Origin: Octopus sinensis
Lineage: Eukaryota
Assembly (NCBI RefSeq): GCF_006345805.1
Contig: NC_043012.1
Span: 47,864,001-47,928,000, forward strand
Length of the DNA stretch: 64,000 nt
Direction: 5' to 3'
This document shows positions 27,176-40,830 of the stretch, in pieces. Position numbers and translations under genes: made by a program. The number at the start of each line of letters is the position of its first letter. The stretch's first letter is position 1. The notes under the pieces were generated by a model. It saw only the letters and a program-made list of their open reading frames with translations, was not told where the DNA came from and ran no database searches.

Positions 27176-27600
27176 TAATAATAATTATAACAATGCCACG
27201 AATTTGCTTGTCAGTTGTTTGACCTTAACCAGTTGAGCATGTCCCTTAGCGGCTGACGCTATGTGAATCTCTGATCCCGAGTAGAATGTGGAGAATCATA
27301 GCCATGAGTTGAAAGGAATTTTTTTTTTGAATTTGGATAATTCACCTCTGGAAGCATGGGTGTTTCGCTCAGCATCTTTAAACTATCTTTATTCAGGGGC
27401 CGTTTGAATGGGAGGCGCCCCACCTGCAAGGTCATGCGCTGTTAATCTTGATATGAGATCACCATGACGCGCACATAGTGTTGTCATGCCTGGTGTACAC
27501 TTATCAGACAAGTAGTCACGATGGATTTACTGCGTATATTTTAGTCCAGTGTCACTTTGATGGCATGAATTGCTCTCTAACATAAAATAATAATAATAAC

Positions 27601-27650
<50 letters not shown>

Positions 27651-27652
<2 letters not shown>

Positions 27653-28205
27653 GCCCTGATGCAGTACCAGGCAGTGGCTCTCATGGCTTCTGATCTTAAC
27701 TGATTGGAAGTGTTATCATGTACATTGTTTTGTCTTGGTATAAAAGATGGGCTACAGCAAATATTCTGCTCAATTCCACAGATTTGCTTGTCAGTTGTTT
27801 GACTTTAACCAGTTGAGCATGTCCCTTAGTGGCTGACGATATGTGCATCTCTGATCACGAGCAGAAGTAGTGGGGGAGCATCATAGCCATGTGTTGAGAA
27901 GGATTCTTTGGGGTTTGAATAATTCACCTCTGGAAACATGGGTGGTTCTTTCAACATCCTTAAACAACCCTTATTCAGGGACCGTTTGAGCGGGATGGGC
28001 TACTCAACCTGAAGAAAATTCTAACTGGGCCCCACCTGCAAGGTCATGTGCTGTTTATCTTGATATGAGATCACCATGTCGCGCACATATGGTTGTGATG
28101 CATGTGCCTGGTGTACCTTTATCAGACGGGTAGTCATGATGGGTATATGGGCTTCGTATATTTTACCCCAGTGTCACTTTGATGGCATGCACTGCTCTCT
28201 CACTC
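27651..28205 (+). repeat. Unclassified non-coding element of about 555 bp in (AAT)n; internally deleted copy at 27193-27582, partial inverted copy at about 23680-23830
   Basis: Shared blocks ATTTGCTTGTCAGTTGTTTGAC..., CCCACCTGCAAGGTCATG..., CCAGTGTCACTTTGATGGCATG; both tandem copies flanked by (AAT)n. Confidence 0.8.
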
Positions 28206-28367
28206 AATAATAATAATAATAATAATAATAAATAATAATAATAATAATATAATAATAATAATAATAATGATAATAATAATAATGAAGAAGAAGAAGAAGA
28301 AGAAGAAGAAGAAGAAGAAGAAGAAGAAGAAGAAGAAGAAGAAGAAGAAGAAGAAGAAGAAGAAGAT

Positions 28368-29350
28368 AACACCGGGGACGTTTAACACATGAGAGCTATA
28401 AAACACTGCCGCAAAGGCTATCCAAAGCTATTGGGAATAAATACATCACGTGGAACCAAAAATAACTGAGAGTGTTGGACTATAGCCTAGTAAGTATTAG
28501 TTATCGAAATTTATTACAATTTTCTAAATGAAATGATATATTTTAACTGGATATCATCTCCGTTGCTCGCACAGCACATGTAAGCATGTTCTACACATTA
28601 TAATCCAATCTACACCAGACCATCTCCGTCCCCAAACACCATGCACAAAAAATGTTTAAATAAATTAAATAAGACCTGTATTATTCAACACAAGAATAAC
28701 AATAACGAAGTACGTACTTTAAACTTGTTGCACAAAAACTACGAAAAACTACACGTGCAAAACAATGTAACACCCGAAATAAACGGACCGTTATCCTACG
28801 AAAATGATGACCGTCAAAATAAAGAGCCGGGCGTTATTCCTCATTCCCTGCATGGACCCTAATAAACTAGCTAACATACGAAAATATATTCTTAAAAAAA
28901 TCCATATAAGAAATAGAAATACAACACTTAAAAGGAAAAATACACCAGGAAAATATAGACAATAACCACACAGCAATGCCAAATAATATCATTAGCACTG
29001 GGACTGTAAAATGCGAAGACAGACATAACTTTTCCACCAGAAGATAAGTAAAGAACTAAAGACAACAAACCCAGACCGTAGGAATGTTTAATGATGAACA
29101 AAACGCACCAAACCAGAACACCACTGCCAAAAGTATGAACGGGACAGAATACGAAACAAGTCTAAAGCTTGGAAACAGTGAAGGTGACATTAATGATTAT
29201 GATTCTCTAAAAATTAGCATAATCAAAGAAATGACAGCCACAGATCTTAGTATGGGTCACCGACTGGACCGCCCCAAAATTAAAATTAATAATAAAACAA
29301 CATCAGTAATAAGTAGCATGAACCTAGCCGTCACAGAACTAATAGCCACG
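28368..29350 (+). mobile_element. 5' portion of an R4/Dong-like element
   Basis: 29255-29350 is homologous to 29495-29590 (PKIKIN..NLAVTEL), i.e. the N-terminus of a paralogous copy. Confidence 0.55.
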
Positions 29351-29406
29351 TAAAGATTCGAAAGAAATGTGCCTTATCGTTTTGTCCGACGCGCTAAAAT
29401 AATGAC

Positions 29407-29467
<61 letters not shown>

Positions 29468-29469
29468 TA

Positions 29470-32400
29470 ATCAAAGAACTAAAAACCACAGAGCTCAAAA
29501 TGGACCACCGACCATACCTCCCAAGAATCAAAATAAAACGCAATAACAACACCAATTATAAACAACATAAACCTAGCCGTCACTGAACTAGCCACTGAAA
29601 CAAAAAAAAGTGATATCACTGAACTAAATGACTTGATATACGCAGCAGCCACTGCAGCCACAAAAGAAGTGGATACTCACCCAAACCCGCCCAAACAGGA
29701 GCACCACCACCCAACAAAACCCGTGGATAAGTAACATCCAAAACAAATTTAAAAAATTAGAAAAGACCTGTCGATTCTAATGAAATCAGCAAACAAGCAA
29801 CGCTACTGAGCAACAAAAAGAGAACAAAAATGCTCCGCAAATATAACATCACAGAAAAAGATTTGCCGGAGATAAAAGAAAAGCTGAAGCAAGATATCCT
29901 TGCCAAAGCTCAAAGGATCCGCCGGTACGAGAAACGCCAACGCTTCTTTGAACAGAACAAAAAGTTCAACTCCGACCCCAAAAAGTTCTACCAAAACTGG
30001 GCAAAAATAAAATAGAAGTTACTGCAGCACCAACGGCAGAAGAGATTGGAAGAATTCTGGGGAGAAATATGGTCGGCGAACGAACCACCAAAAAAAAGGA
30101 GTATCAGAATAACAAACTCGGCATCTGAACAACTTTGGACCCCCATAACAACTGAAGAGGTCACCCAGGCACTGCAAAGACTAAGCAACTGGAAGGCACC
30201 TGGCATGACAAGATCCCCAACTTCTGGTGTTGAAATATTTAACAGGAATGCACAAAAAGCTGGCTGAAAACTTTAACAAAGTACTAGCAGAGCCAGAGAC
30301 AATGCCTGAATGGCTCACGAAGGGGAAAACCATCTTAATTCCCAAATCAAAACATGAAACCAGAAAAACCAGAAAACTACAGACCAATAACCTGCCTCCC
30401 TACTATGTTCAAGGCATTTACTGCAGTGATATCACAAATGCTGAACAAGCACCTGGACGAAAACAAACTGTTCCCAGAAAAGAGCAGAAAGGATGCCGCA
30501 AAGGCTCATATGGCTGTAAAGATCAACTAATGATTAATAAAGCCATAACTGAAGACAGCCACAGAAGAAAGAAGAAAGGCCTCAGTATGGCCTGGATTGA
30601 CTACAAAAAGGCGTTTGATAGCATCCCCCACACATGGATCCTCGAAACACTAGCCATTAGCAAAGTAGCACCAACAATCATAAAATTCATAGAGCACTCT
30701 ATGAATAAATGGCAAACAGTCCTACACCTCCAAACAAAAGAGGGACTCATGAAAACCAAAGACATCCCCTTTAGAAGAGAAATATTCCAGGGAGACACGC
30801 TCTCTCCACTCCTTTTCTGCTTGGCACTGTCACCTCTATCTGATATGCTAAATAGAACTGGATGCGGATATAAATGTTACGGCAAAACGATCAGCCACCT
30901 TATATATGGATGACCTAAAACTATACGCTGCAAATGACAAACAGCTGGAAACACTATTAAAGACAGTTCATGGATTTACCAAAGAAATAGATATGAAATT
31001 TGGATTAGAAAAATGCGCCAAAAAGTAACCATGAAAAGAGGAAAACTAGTTAAGAGTAACAACATCACACTAGATAAAACCAATGAAATAAAAGAATTAG
31101 ACCAAAGCCAAACTTACAAATACTTAGGAATCCATGAACTAGATAAGACACAACACACACAAATGAAAGAGAAAATAAAAAAAGAATATTATAGACGAGT
31201 TAGATCAATACTAAAAACAGAGCTCAATGCTAAAAACAAGATAATAGGTATCAACACTTTAGCTGTCCCAGTTATAAGTTACAGCTACAATATCCTTAAC
31301 TGGACACGAAATGAACTGTCCAAAATAGATAGGAAAACAAGAAAAATACTGACAGGATCTAGGATGCATCACCCAAAATCTGACATAGAAAGACTATATA
31401 TACAACGTATAGAAGGTGGTAGAGGCCTTATACAGCTGGAAAACTACTATAAAATAACCACCATAGGACTGCAAAAATAGCTACTTCAGAAGGAAGGAAA
31501 AACTGATCCAGATAGCAGCAAAACACGAGCAAAACAAAAAACTGTTCTCAGTATTTAAGGAAGCGGACAAATACAAACAAGAAATCATACCACCTAATAA
31601 ACAAAAGAAGAAGAAGAAGATGATGAAGAAGAAACAACAAAAGCTATAAAACAAATGAAATCCAAACTAAAAATAGAACAGCAACGAGCCATGATAAAAC
31701 GATGGCAAGAAAAGCCCCTTCATGATAAATACTGCACTAAACTAAACGCAAAAGAAATAGACAAAGAAAAATCCCAGCAATGGTTGAGAAGCTCAGGACT
31801 CAAAGCAGAGACAGAGGGATTTTTAATTGCAGCACAAGACCAAAGCCTCCCCACCAGAAATTACCAAAAACATGTAATGAAAAGAAATATTACAAGTAAC
31901 TGCAGAATATGTGGAAATGGACAAGAAACAATAAATCATATTATCTCTAGCTGCCCAGTCCTGGCTAAAAAGGAATATATTCACAGACATGACAGAGTTG
32001 GAACCTACATACATTGGAAGCTATGCCAACATTATGGAATAACAACAGAAAAAAGATGGTATAGGCACACACGAGAAAAGGTCACAGAAAACGAGAAAGC
32101 AACCATACTGTGGGATATGCCGATACACACAGATAGAGAAATTAAGGCCAACAGACCAGATATAGTTGTCAGAGATCATGAAGAAAAAAAATGCTTTCTA
32201 ATTGATGTATCAATACCGGCAGATGACAACGTGTCTCTAAAAGAAATGGAGAAACTCTCAAAATACAAAGACCTGAAATAGAGGTAACTAGAATGTGGAA
32301 CCTGAAAACAGAAACAATTCCTATCATAGTAGGTGCATTAGGCATGATAAAAAAATATTCAGACAAATACATAACAAAAACACCAGGACTTACAAACACA

Positions 32401-32562
32401 TATAACATACAGAAAATTGCACTACTAGGCACTGCACACATCCTACGCAGAACACTTTCCGTACAATAACCATCAGAGCATCACAACAAATCACAGCACA
32501 TACCAAGACACACAGAGCTGCGCTCGTAGTGAAGTGAAAGCACGCTATAAAAAATAAAACTA

Positions 32563-32565
<3 letters not shown>
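29470..32565 (+). mobile_element. R4/Dong-clade RLE LINE, nearly complete ORF with frameshifts and stops
   Basis: LSNWKAPG, EQKGC..GCKDQLMI, AWIDYKKAFDSIPH, IFQGDTLSPLLF, HLIYMDDLKLY, CRICG..ETINHIISSC, RHDRVG, ILWD..ANRPDIV..LIDVSIP..EKLSKYKDL; (AAT)n on both sides. Confidence 0.95.
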
Positions 32566-32622
<57 letters not shown>

Positions 32623-32659
32623 TAATAATAATAATAATAACAATAATAATAATAATAAC

Positions 32660-32729
<70 letters not shown>

Positions 32730-32739
32730 TTAATAATAA

Positions 32740-33230
32740 TAGTATAATGGCAATGATGGCCGTCTCCCCACGAGCCAATCAAAGCTAAAAAATGATAACA
32801 TTATCGTAGCACCAAAATGTTTTTGGAAACTAAAAGGAAAACTAAATCAGTATACCAAATCGCTTGTCCTATGGTTAATCTGGAAGCGCGTCCCCCAGGG
32901 AAGAGTCAGCCTGGGATCGAAAAGTCATCAACTGGCACAAACTCTTCTCCGAATACGGACATGGATGGTCACTTGAACGGGAAATCCCCCAACTCGAGCC
33001 CTCCAAGTTCACCACCACAACCACCACAGAAAGAAAAATGTAAGCGGAACAAATGGACCCGAGAAGAGTATAAAGAAGTAATATACGCTTATTACTATGC
33101 ATTAGGTAGGCCATCTCAAGAGAAACACACCGCAAACTCTTACAGTATATGGAGAACACGGAATCAAGACAGTATTTGCAATTTAACTTTAAAAAAAAAG
33201 AAAATGAACGAACTATTGAGTTTGGTTTAA
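32740..33230 (+). mobile_element. N-terminal fragment of an R4/Dong ORF
   Basis: KRNKWTREEYKEVIYAYYYA, the Myb-like N-terminal motif of this clade. Confidence 0.7.
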
Positions 33231-33339
33231 TGGCCTACCAATGTATACTATGAGTTTCTTTTCCCTAGGAGTCGGGAAGACGCTCGGCAAGAAATGGAAG
33301 CAAATTTGAAAGAAGAAAAAAAAAGTAATAATAATAATA

Positions 33340-34912
33340 GTAATAATAATACTTCCCAGTTATCTTTCTACTGTGCTTGATACCAGTAACACTGATTCTG
33401 AGGAAAGCAAACAAAAAGTCAGCCATTTGTTATTCATGTATGACCTCAAACTTTATGATAAAGATGAATCCCAAATCAGTTCTTTCGTTGATACGGTGTA
33501 TACTTTCAACGCTGATATCAAAATGTAGTTAGGACTGATAAAGTGCGGTGTGTTAGTCTTGAAGAGAGGCAAAATCAAATGTATGGACGGGCTAACGTTA
33601 CCTTAGATATATTATTAGATATATAGATATATTAATGCAGAAAGAAATTACAGAAAAATTTGAGGTGGAGTATTTGCGCAGACTGAGACTGATTCTTAAG
33701 TCGAAATTAAACGTATGGAATAAGATTGAAGGCGGTTTCAACACCTAGGCGGTTTCACTCCTTAGATATGGAGCAGGGATAATCTCATGGACAGTAGATG
33801 AACTAAACAGCTTAGACAGAAAGACAAGGAAGCTGCTAACTAGATATGGGTCATTCCACCCAGAAAGTGACACAGGCAGACGGTATGTACCAAGCGAAAT
33901 AGTGGGAAGAGGACTTATTGGATGCGAACACAGCATTGGAGCAAAAGAAAACAACACAGCAGGGTATGTAAAAAACGCCACAGAAAGGCTATTATTAGAA
34001 GTAAGAAAGTCAGGCTTGTGTAGGATGAAAGATTGCAAAAATAGAACACTATACAAGTAAATTGAAATCGAATGAAACTGAAAATAGGTAGGTAAAGAAA
34101 AGAACGCATGGTCAATTTTTTACCTTCATATGTTGAAGATAAGACAGAGAAGAAAATGGCTGTGGATGGCTGAAAGTGATTTAAAACCAGAAACGGAGGC
34201 TCTAATATGTGCTGCCCAAGAGCAAGCACTAAGAGCAAATTACATAAAATACAGAATAGACAACACATCGGAAAGGGATAAGTGCAGAATTTGTGGATAA
34301 AATGGTGAAACCGTATGGCATATTACTAGCCAATGTGCGCCTCTAGCCCAGAATGAATATAAGAGACGCCACCACAACATAGTATGGCTTGTCCATTTGA
34401 CACTTTGCAACATGTATGGAGTTCACAGAGAAAAAAATTGGTACGGTCATAACCCGAAGGCATCATCGAAAATGTTAATACAAAGATCTTGTGGGATTTT
34501 ACGATTCAGTGCGACCATGAGGTAGAGAATAGGAAGCCAGACAGAGTGTTAAATGAAAAAGAAAGCGAACTATGCTGGATCATAGATATAGCATGCCCAG
34601 CTAACAACAAGGTATGCGATAATTAAGAAATAAAGTCGATAGTTATGACAGGTTAGATTGGAAAGTTAAGCAGCTGTGGTCTATGAAAAAGGTAGTAGTT
34701 GTCGGACGCCTGGAACAGTGAGTAAAAATCTTGAGAATTACATGAAACAAATAGAGGCTGCAATAAGTGGAGCACTTGCAGAAAACAGCAATGTTTGGAA
34801 CCGTTCGAATACTCCGTGCGGTGCTCGGAAAATAGGAAGTGTTACTTTAGTTCACTGATAGTGAACAGCTGACACAGTAGTACATCTCCAGCGTTAGAAG
34901 CTGTGCAAAGGC
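33340..34912 (+). mobile_element. R4/Dong 3' half of a different subfamily, degenerate
   Basis: HLLFMYDLKLY, LKPETEALICAAQEQAL, CRIC..ETVWHITSQC, LWDFTIQCDH..RKPD; ends in (AAT)n. Confidence 0.85.
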
Positions 34913-34924
34913 AATAATAATAAA

Positions 34925-34983
<59 letters not shown>

Positions 34984-34992
34984 CGGTGATAG

Positions 34993-35039
<47 letters not shown>

Positions 35040-35059
35040 GTGATAGTGATGATGATAGT

Positions 35060-35660
35060 GATAATTTCATTTATCTCTTTGCCAGAAGAGTTACGGATGT
35101 GGGGAACAATACAAAGACAGACATAAAGTGTGGGGATTTACATATAATGAAATGATTTTAAAAATTCGAAGTATTTACGGTATCTACTGAAAAAGAAAGG
35201 ATATACATAGTATACAAAGGTTAAAAAAGGTGAGGGCCATGATAGAGGAGGTCCTCTAAGGATATCCGTGGAACTCCACTGTCCGAAATTTCCCCGAACA
35301 CCAAGAGCAAGTGTCCTCTCCATTTCCTTCTCTCCGACTTACAGATCTAAACTGAGAGAGGAGCCATCCATTCTTGCCATTTTCGCAACTTCCACCTTTC
35401 AATAAACTTACTCGAGGCGTGCAATTCCGTCTCTACTCTCAATTTTCTTTCAAGTGAAACTTGAAGAAGGCAATGAGAAATCTACCGAAGAGGAATGTAT
35501 CTGTCCTATCGCCTTTCAGCCTTGTCCACCAAACAACTTCTTTCGTCACAGCCATTAGGCAAAGGAAAGCTGCCTTGCCTACCAAATCCTTCTATGAAAT
35601 TTTCGGGGAGGTTTTTAGTCGATTGGATCAACTCCAGTGCACCATAATGTCTTTTTTTTA
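35060..35660 (-). mobile_element. Tx1/L1-like LINE 3' fragment
   Basis: Minus-strand AVTKEVVWWTRLKG..FFKFHLKRKLRVE..KFIERW..ARMDGSSLSLDL* (stop at 35339-35341), then UTR and (ATC)n tail; clade assigned by recollection. Confidence 0.55.
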
Positions 35661-35783
35661 TTGACCCCGTCAGAATAAAAAGGCAAATGTGACCTCAGTT
35701 GCATTTGAAGTCAGAACATAAAGAAGCGGAAGAAATGCCGCTAATCATTTTATCCGGCGTGCAAACGATTATACTAGCTAGCC

Positions 35784-35880
<97 letters not shown>

Positions 35881-37494
35881 TAAAAAAATAATAATAATAA
35901 TAATAATAATGATGATAATAATAATAATAATGATAATAATAATAATAATATATTCTGTACATCATGGCCACCATTTAGTGGTGAAGCATCGATGTATTGG
36001 CTACAATCTGCTATGTTATTGAGAGCAAATGAAACTAATAATATAATAATGATTTGTATCATAACCACAAACGCACAAATGCCAGGAGTGGGTATAGACG
36101 ATTGTATCAATCGCAGTACCTGGCTGGTTTCATATAGCATCCATCTCAAGAGGAGGAAATGCTAAATCTACAAAGCTGGAATTTGAATTTAGAACAAGAG
36201 AAGGATAAGTAAACCTCTAGGGCATTTTTTAATGTTCAAAACTTTGCTTCTACACAGCATTACTCGCTACAGAACTATTGACAGACGACTTCAGATATAT
36301 ATTGAAAAGCGCCTAGATGACTGTGCAACGTTCATAAATTATATATTTCAAATACATTAGTAGCATTAGTATTGCTCTGAAATTTAAACATAATATAATA
36401 ACAAACTCCATTCCCCTGGAGTTACATTATGTAACAGTTCATAAGATGTCGTAGATTATTCGATTAAGAAGCAGCTGGCGTTCAAGAAGGGCTTCACTGA
36501 CTAAAGAACTAGATACATTATATACAGATTTACATTGTAATTACACGTGGATTATTTTGGATGGTTTCAGTATACCCACCATCAGTGTATCGATTATTTT
36601 TACTCAGCCAATATTATTATTACCGTTACTATAACAACAACTATCGATGCAACGCTTGGAGTCTTTTGTGATAGCCTTTGAGGCTGATTATTGTTGACAA
36701 TAAATGAACGCGCGTACGTATGTACTTACGTATATAAATGACCACGCATGCACATACATTTGCATCTTTATACATAGATATACACTCACAAATGCGTGTG
36801 CCAGAGCATGTATGTATGAATACTAAATGTGTTCTAAGAGTACTTTATAGTGTATCGGATGATAAAATGGAAACACAATGCAGTAAGCATTGTAATGTGT
36901 GCAACAGGTTTTGTGTAATATGTCGGTTCTCTTTTATGTCACCTAAAACATATTCAGTTTCGTAGATACTGCATAGTAAAATCAGTGAAGTAAAAAGTAC
37001 AGCTGCCTTAACTTGAGTGCAATGAGAATCTTAGAATATATTCCGAGATATATTGATAGTGATTGTTCTCTGCGTCTGGTGATATAACAAGCTTGCACGA
37101 CTTGGTATGGAAATGAACATTATCGCATGGTGTCGAACAATATTGCTGAACATAAATACATTATTACGTTGCAATAACTCATTCGGTGCCGTCGAGTGGT
37201 TGATGTTCATATTGTTAAGCATATAGAAGATAGACACATATTGGAGTATTATAGAAAAGATTACAGTTATAGATCGAGAGGTGTAGGTGTGAAAGTGACG
37301 TTCAATTGCTGAACAACTGGTTAAGGAGACACAGTTAGATACATCTTTCTCTGTATCTCGGGAAATATCAGTTTAGGTATATTGAAAAACTCGTCTCTTC
37401 CAGTCACATACACATATACACACATACACAAATATATACAGGCAACCATGTATAGCAAATGTATCTGCTTCCGTGTGAGTATGCATGTGTGTGT

Positions 37495-37499
37495 ATGTA

Positions 37500-37589
<90 letters not shown>

Positions 37590-37714
37590 GTATATATATA
37601 TATATACACATATATATACACATGTATATATATATATGCACATATATATACACACACATATATATATATACACATATATATATACACATATATATACACA
37701 TATATATACACATT

Positions 37715-37759
<45 letters not shown>

Positions 37760-37770
37760 GCATACACGTG
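37495..37770. repeat. Long interrupted (TA)n/(TACA) tract, representative of dozens of (TA)n arrays
   Basis: Direct reading; source of the YIYI/IYIY ORFs. Confidence 0.95.
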
Positions 37771-38249
37771 AGTGTGTATATGTGTGTCTGTGTTTCTGTC
37801 TGTGTTTATGCGCACTCACACAAGCAGTAATATATGGGTCTTGATTATCCTATGACGTGTACGTGTTTAAGTATATTGAGCTTTAACAATTGGTTATTAT
37901 TCCAGCTATAGTTATGCAAAATCATGATATATGCATGCACACACGCGCAGGCGCGCACATATATATTGTACGTAGATAGATACAAGCATGTACATACAAC
38001 CACTTATACAAGCAATCATGCATGAAGATTTGTATATAAATGTAGTGAATATTTCACGCTCGTTACCCACTCTAAATATTATACATATGCTATCATTAGT
38101 GTATATATCTCTTTGTTATATGCATACACCTGTACAACTACCTTTATCTCCAGCTCTCCGGTATATATTTACACATATGTTATATACATACAAACATACA
38201 TGCACACATACATACATAAATGCATGCATACATACTTACATACATGTTT

Positions 38250-39065
38250 ACCTGAAGCGCAGACTCTCTTGGACACATCACACTTTGAAGGCTATGCGTT
38301 TGCAATCTAGGAACAGGAGATTGCCACAAAGTACCTGGGGAACAAGAGATACAGTGACGATCTTCTAATCTGAAGGTGCGACCGCATGTGAAGGCTTTGA
38401 CATGTTTCTGTGGAAAACATCACAGGTGTCCTAAAATGCCGTCACGGTACTACCTCCCTATGCGGCGCAATGTTGTTGCTAAATCAATTTGCAATGCCAT
38501 CCGCAAAAATGATTGTCCTGAAATAAAATTAGAAAATCCCTCTATTACGGAATACATTCATAAGCACCAACTCAAGGAATACCGGTGGAATATTCCATTC
38601 AAAACTTCTGTCAAATGTTAACATAACAGGCCAGATATCGTTGTTTGGGACAGAGGGGCAAAGGTATGTACCATCATAGAAATCGTGCGGATATAAGTAT
38701 CTCTTTGAAAATAAAAAGAAAAGCGGATATCTGTGGACAACTGCTTCGAAACCTCCAACTACTAAATCCAGACTATGAATTCATATTCATGCCAATAAAA
38801 ATTGGAGCACTATATTTTACTGGTAAATGCTTAGAAGATAATCAGGATAAACTGGGATTACAGAAAGAGAAATCGCCTGGCTAATTTGTACACTACAAGT
38901 GCAATCTATGAATGGAACAATAAAAATACTCAAGGCTTTTCTAAAGTTCTGTATGTGAATTTGTCTGTGTTAGCTACATCCCAAAGATGGAGCTGTGTAT
39001 CTTTGTAGGAAATCGGCTCCATCGTGAGTGGAAGAGTTGTAATAATTGAAAAATAAAAGAGGCAT
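38250..39065 (+). mobile_element. R4-like RLE LINE 3' fragment in (CATA)n
   Basis: GYAFAI.EQEIATKYL, SRYYLPMR.NVVAK, LQLLNPDYEFIFMPI; (CATA)n on both sides. Confidence 0.75.
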
Positions 39066-39204
39066 ACTTATATACATAAATACATACATGTGTGTGTATA
39101 TGCATTCGTACATACATACATAGACACATACACACATACATACATACATACATACATACATACATACATACATACATACATACATACATACATACATACA
39201 TACA

Positions 39205-40830
39205 TGTTAAGCAAGTCTGAAGGATATCTTACTGGTTCAAAACGAAACAGAAATACCAAAATTACACACTGTTTCTTTGTGGATGACTTTAAACTTTATG
39301 CAAAGAATATGCATGAGATGAAAAAGAGCCTTGACGTAGTTACAACATTTTCAAAGGATGTAGGATTGGAGTTCAGTCAGGATAAGTGTTGCTATATGGT
39401 TGTGAAAAGGAAAAAAAACTATAGACTAGACTAGTAACATCTCCATTAATGATTTGACTGTTTCCCCTTATCTGACGAGGAATGTTACAGGTATCTAGGG
39501 CTGGATGAAAATACATCTGACAATGGCACCTGTAACAAAACACGTGTCACAAAAGAATATCAGCCGAATAAAGGAAATTTGGACCTCAGAACTCTCCGCT
39601 TTCAATAAAACAGTGGCCCACAATGTGTTTGTAGTGCCAGTACTCATACCAACATTTGGGCTGCTTGATTGGACGCTTGATGAAATCCGAGCCATTGATG
39701 TGTAAACAAGAAAAATACTAACAAGCACATAATTTCCATATAAACAGTGAAGTAGACCGCTTATGCCTAAAACGAAAACAAGGAGGGGGAGGAATAACAT
39801 CGATCCAAACTGCATTTGAATGTCGCATCATATCCCTTCGGCAACATCTTTTAACCACCAAGTGTCGAAGGTCGTCATCCCTTGACCAAGTTTGCACACA
39901 TGAGGCAGATAATATCATAAAACTTGCAAGGCAGCTGCTTGAGTAATACTCTTTGTCTGCTAACCTAGAATACATGGTCAAAGAAGTCACACAACTCTAC
40001 CGCAACGTATCATCAGATGAAAGGATGAGCCTATATGAGCAGAAGAATATGCATGGATATGTTAGAAAGCTCCTTGATGATAGTAACTTCGATCATCAAA
40101 GCAGTTTATCGTAGACGAATAGCCGGATTACTACCTCCCACTTTGAAGGGTACGCGTTTGCAATCCAGGTAATATCAACCGAAGGAATATCAACCAAAGG
40201 GATTGAAATGCAGGTAAAGCCGTTAAGTGTGACAACCGGTGCAGACTTTGTGGAGTTCACACTGAATATATCACCCACAACATAAGCAGTTGTCCGAAAA
40301 TATCATCACGGTATTATCTACCTATGAGACATAACGTTGTAGCTAGGATTCTACAATGAAATCTGTCGGAAAGATAATCCGGAGGACAAAGAAATAAGAA
40401 CACACTCATAATACCAGTGAAGACCTCATACCTGATATAATGATTTGGGATAGAGAAGATACACTGCACAGTTGTGGAAATTAGCTGTCCAGCGGATGTT
40501 ACTATAAAGCTGAAGATCAGTGAAAAAGAGAACATCTATGCTGAACTATTGAGAAATCTGCAGTTACTCAATCCATATTACAGGTTCAGTTTTATTCCTG
40601 TAAGTACGTGATATATAACACGTTGCCTAAGTACCAATCTTGAGAAATTAGGCTCCTCAAAACCAGAAAGGAAAAAGCTAATTCGAAGACTACAGATCCA
40701 ATCCATCACTTGAACTGTAAAAATCTGTAAAACTTCCTAGAAGTTTATCATTCAAATATATATGGTCATGCCTCGATATGTTACTATATGCATGAGAATA
40801 CATACATAAAACATACAAATCTGCACATAT
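39205..40830 (+). mobile_element. R4-like RLE LINE 3' half (same subfamily as 38250) in (CATA)n
   Basis: HCFFVDDFKLYAKN..DVGLEFSQDKC, EGYAFAIQ, CRLCGVHTEYITH.ISSCP, RYYLPMRHNVVA; (CATA)n flanks. Confidence 0.85.

Noticed and set aside
27822-27870. CTGACGA...GAAG in the 555-bp element as a hammerhead
   Set aside because: No GAAA, stem III or stem I
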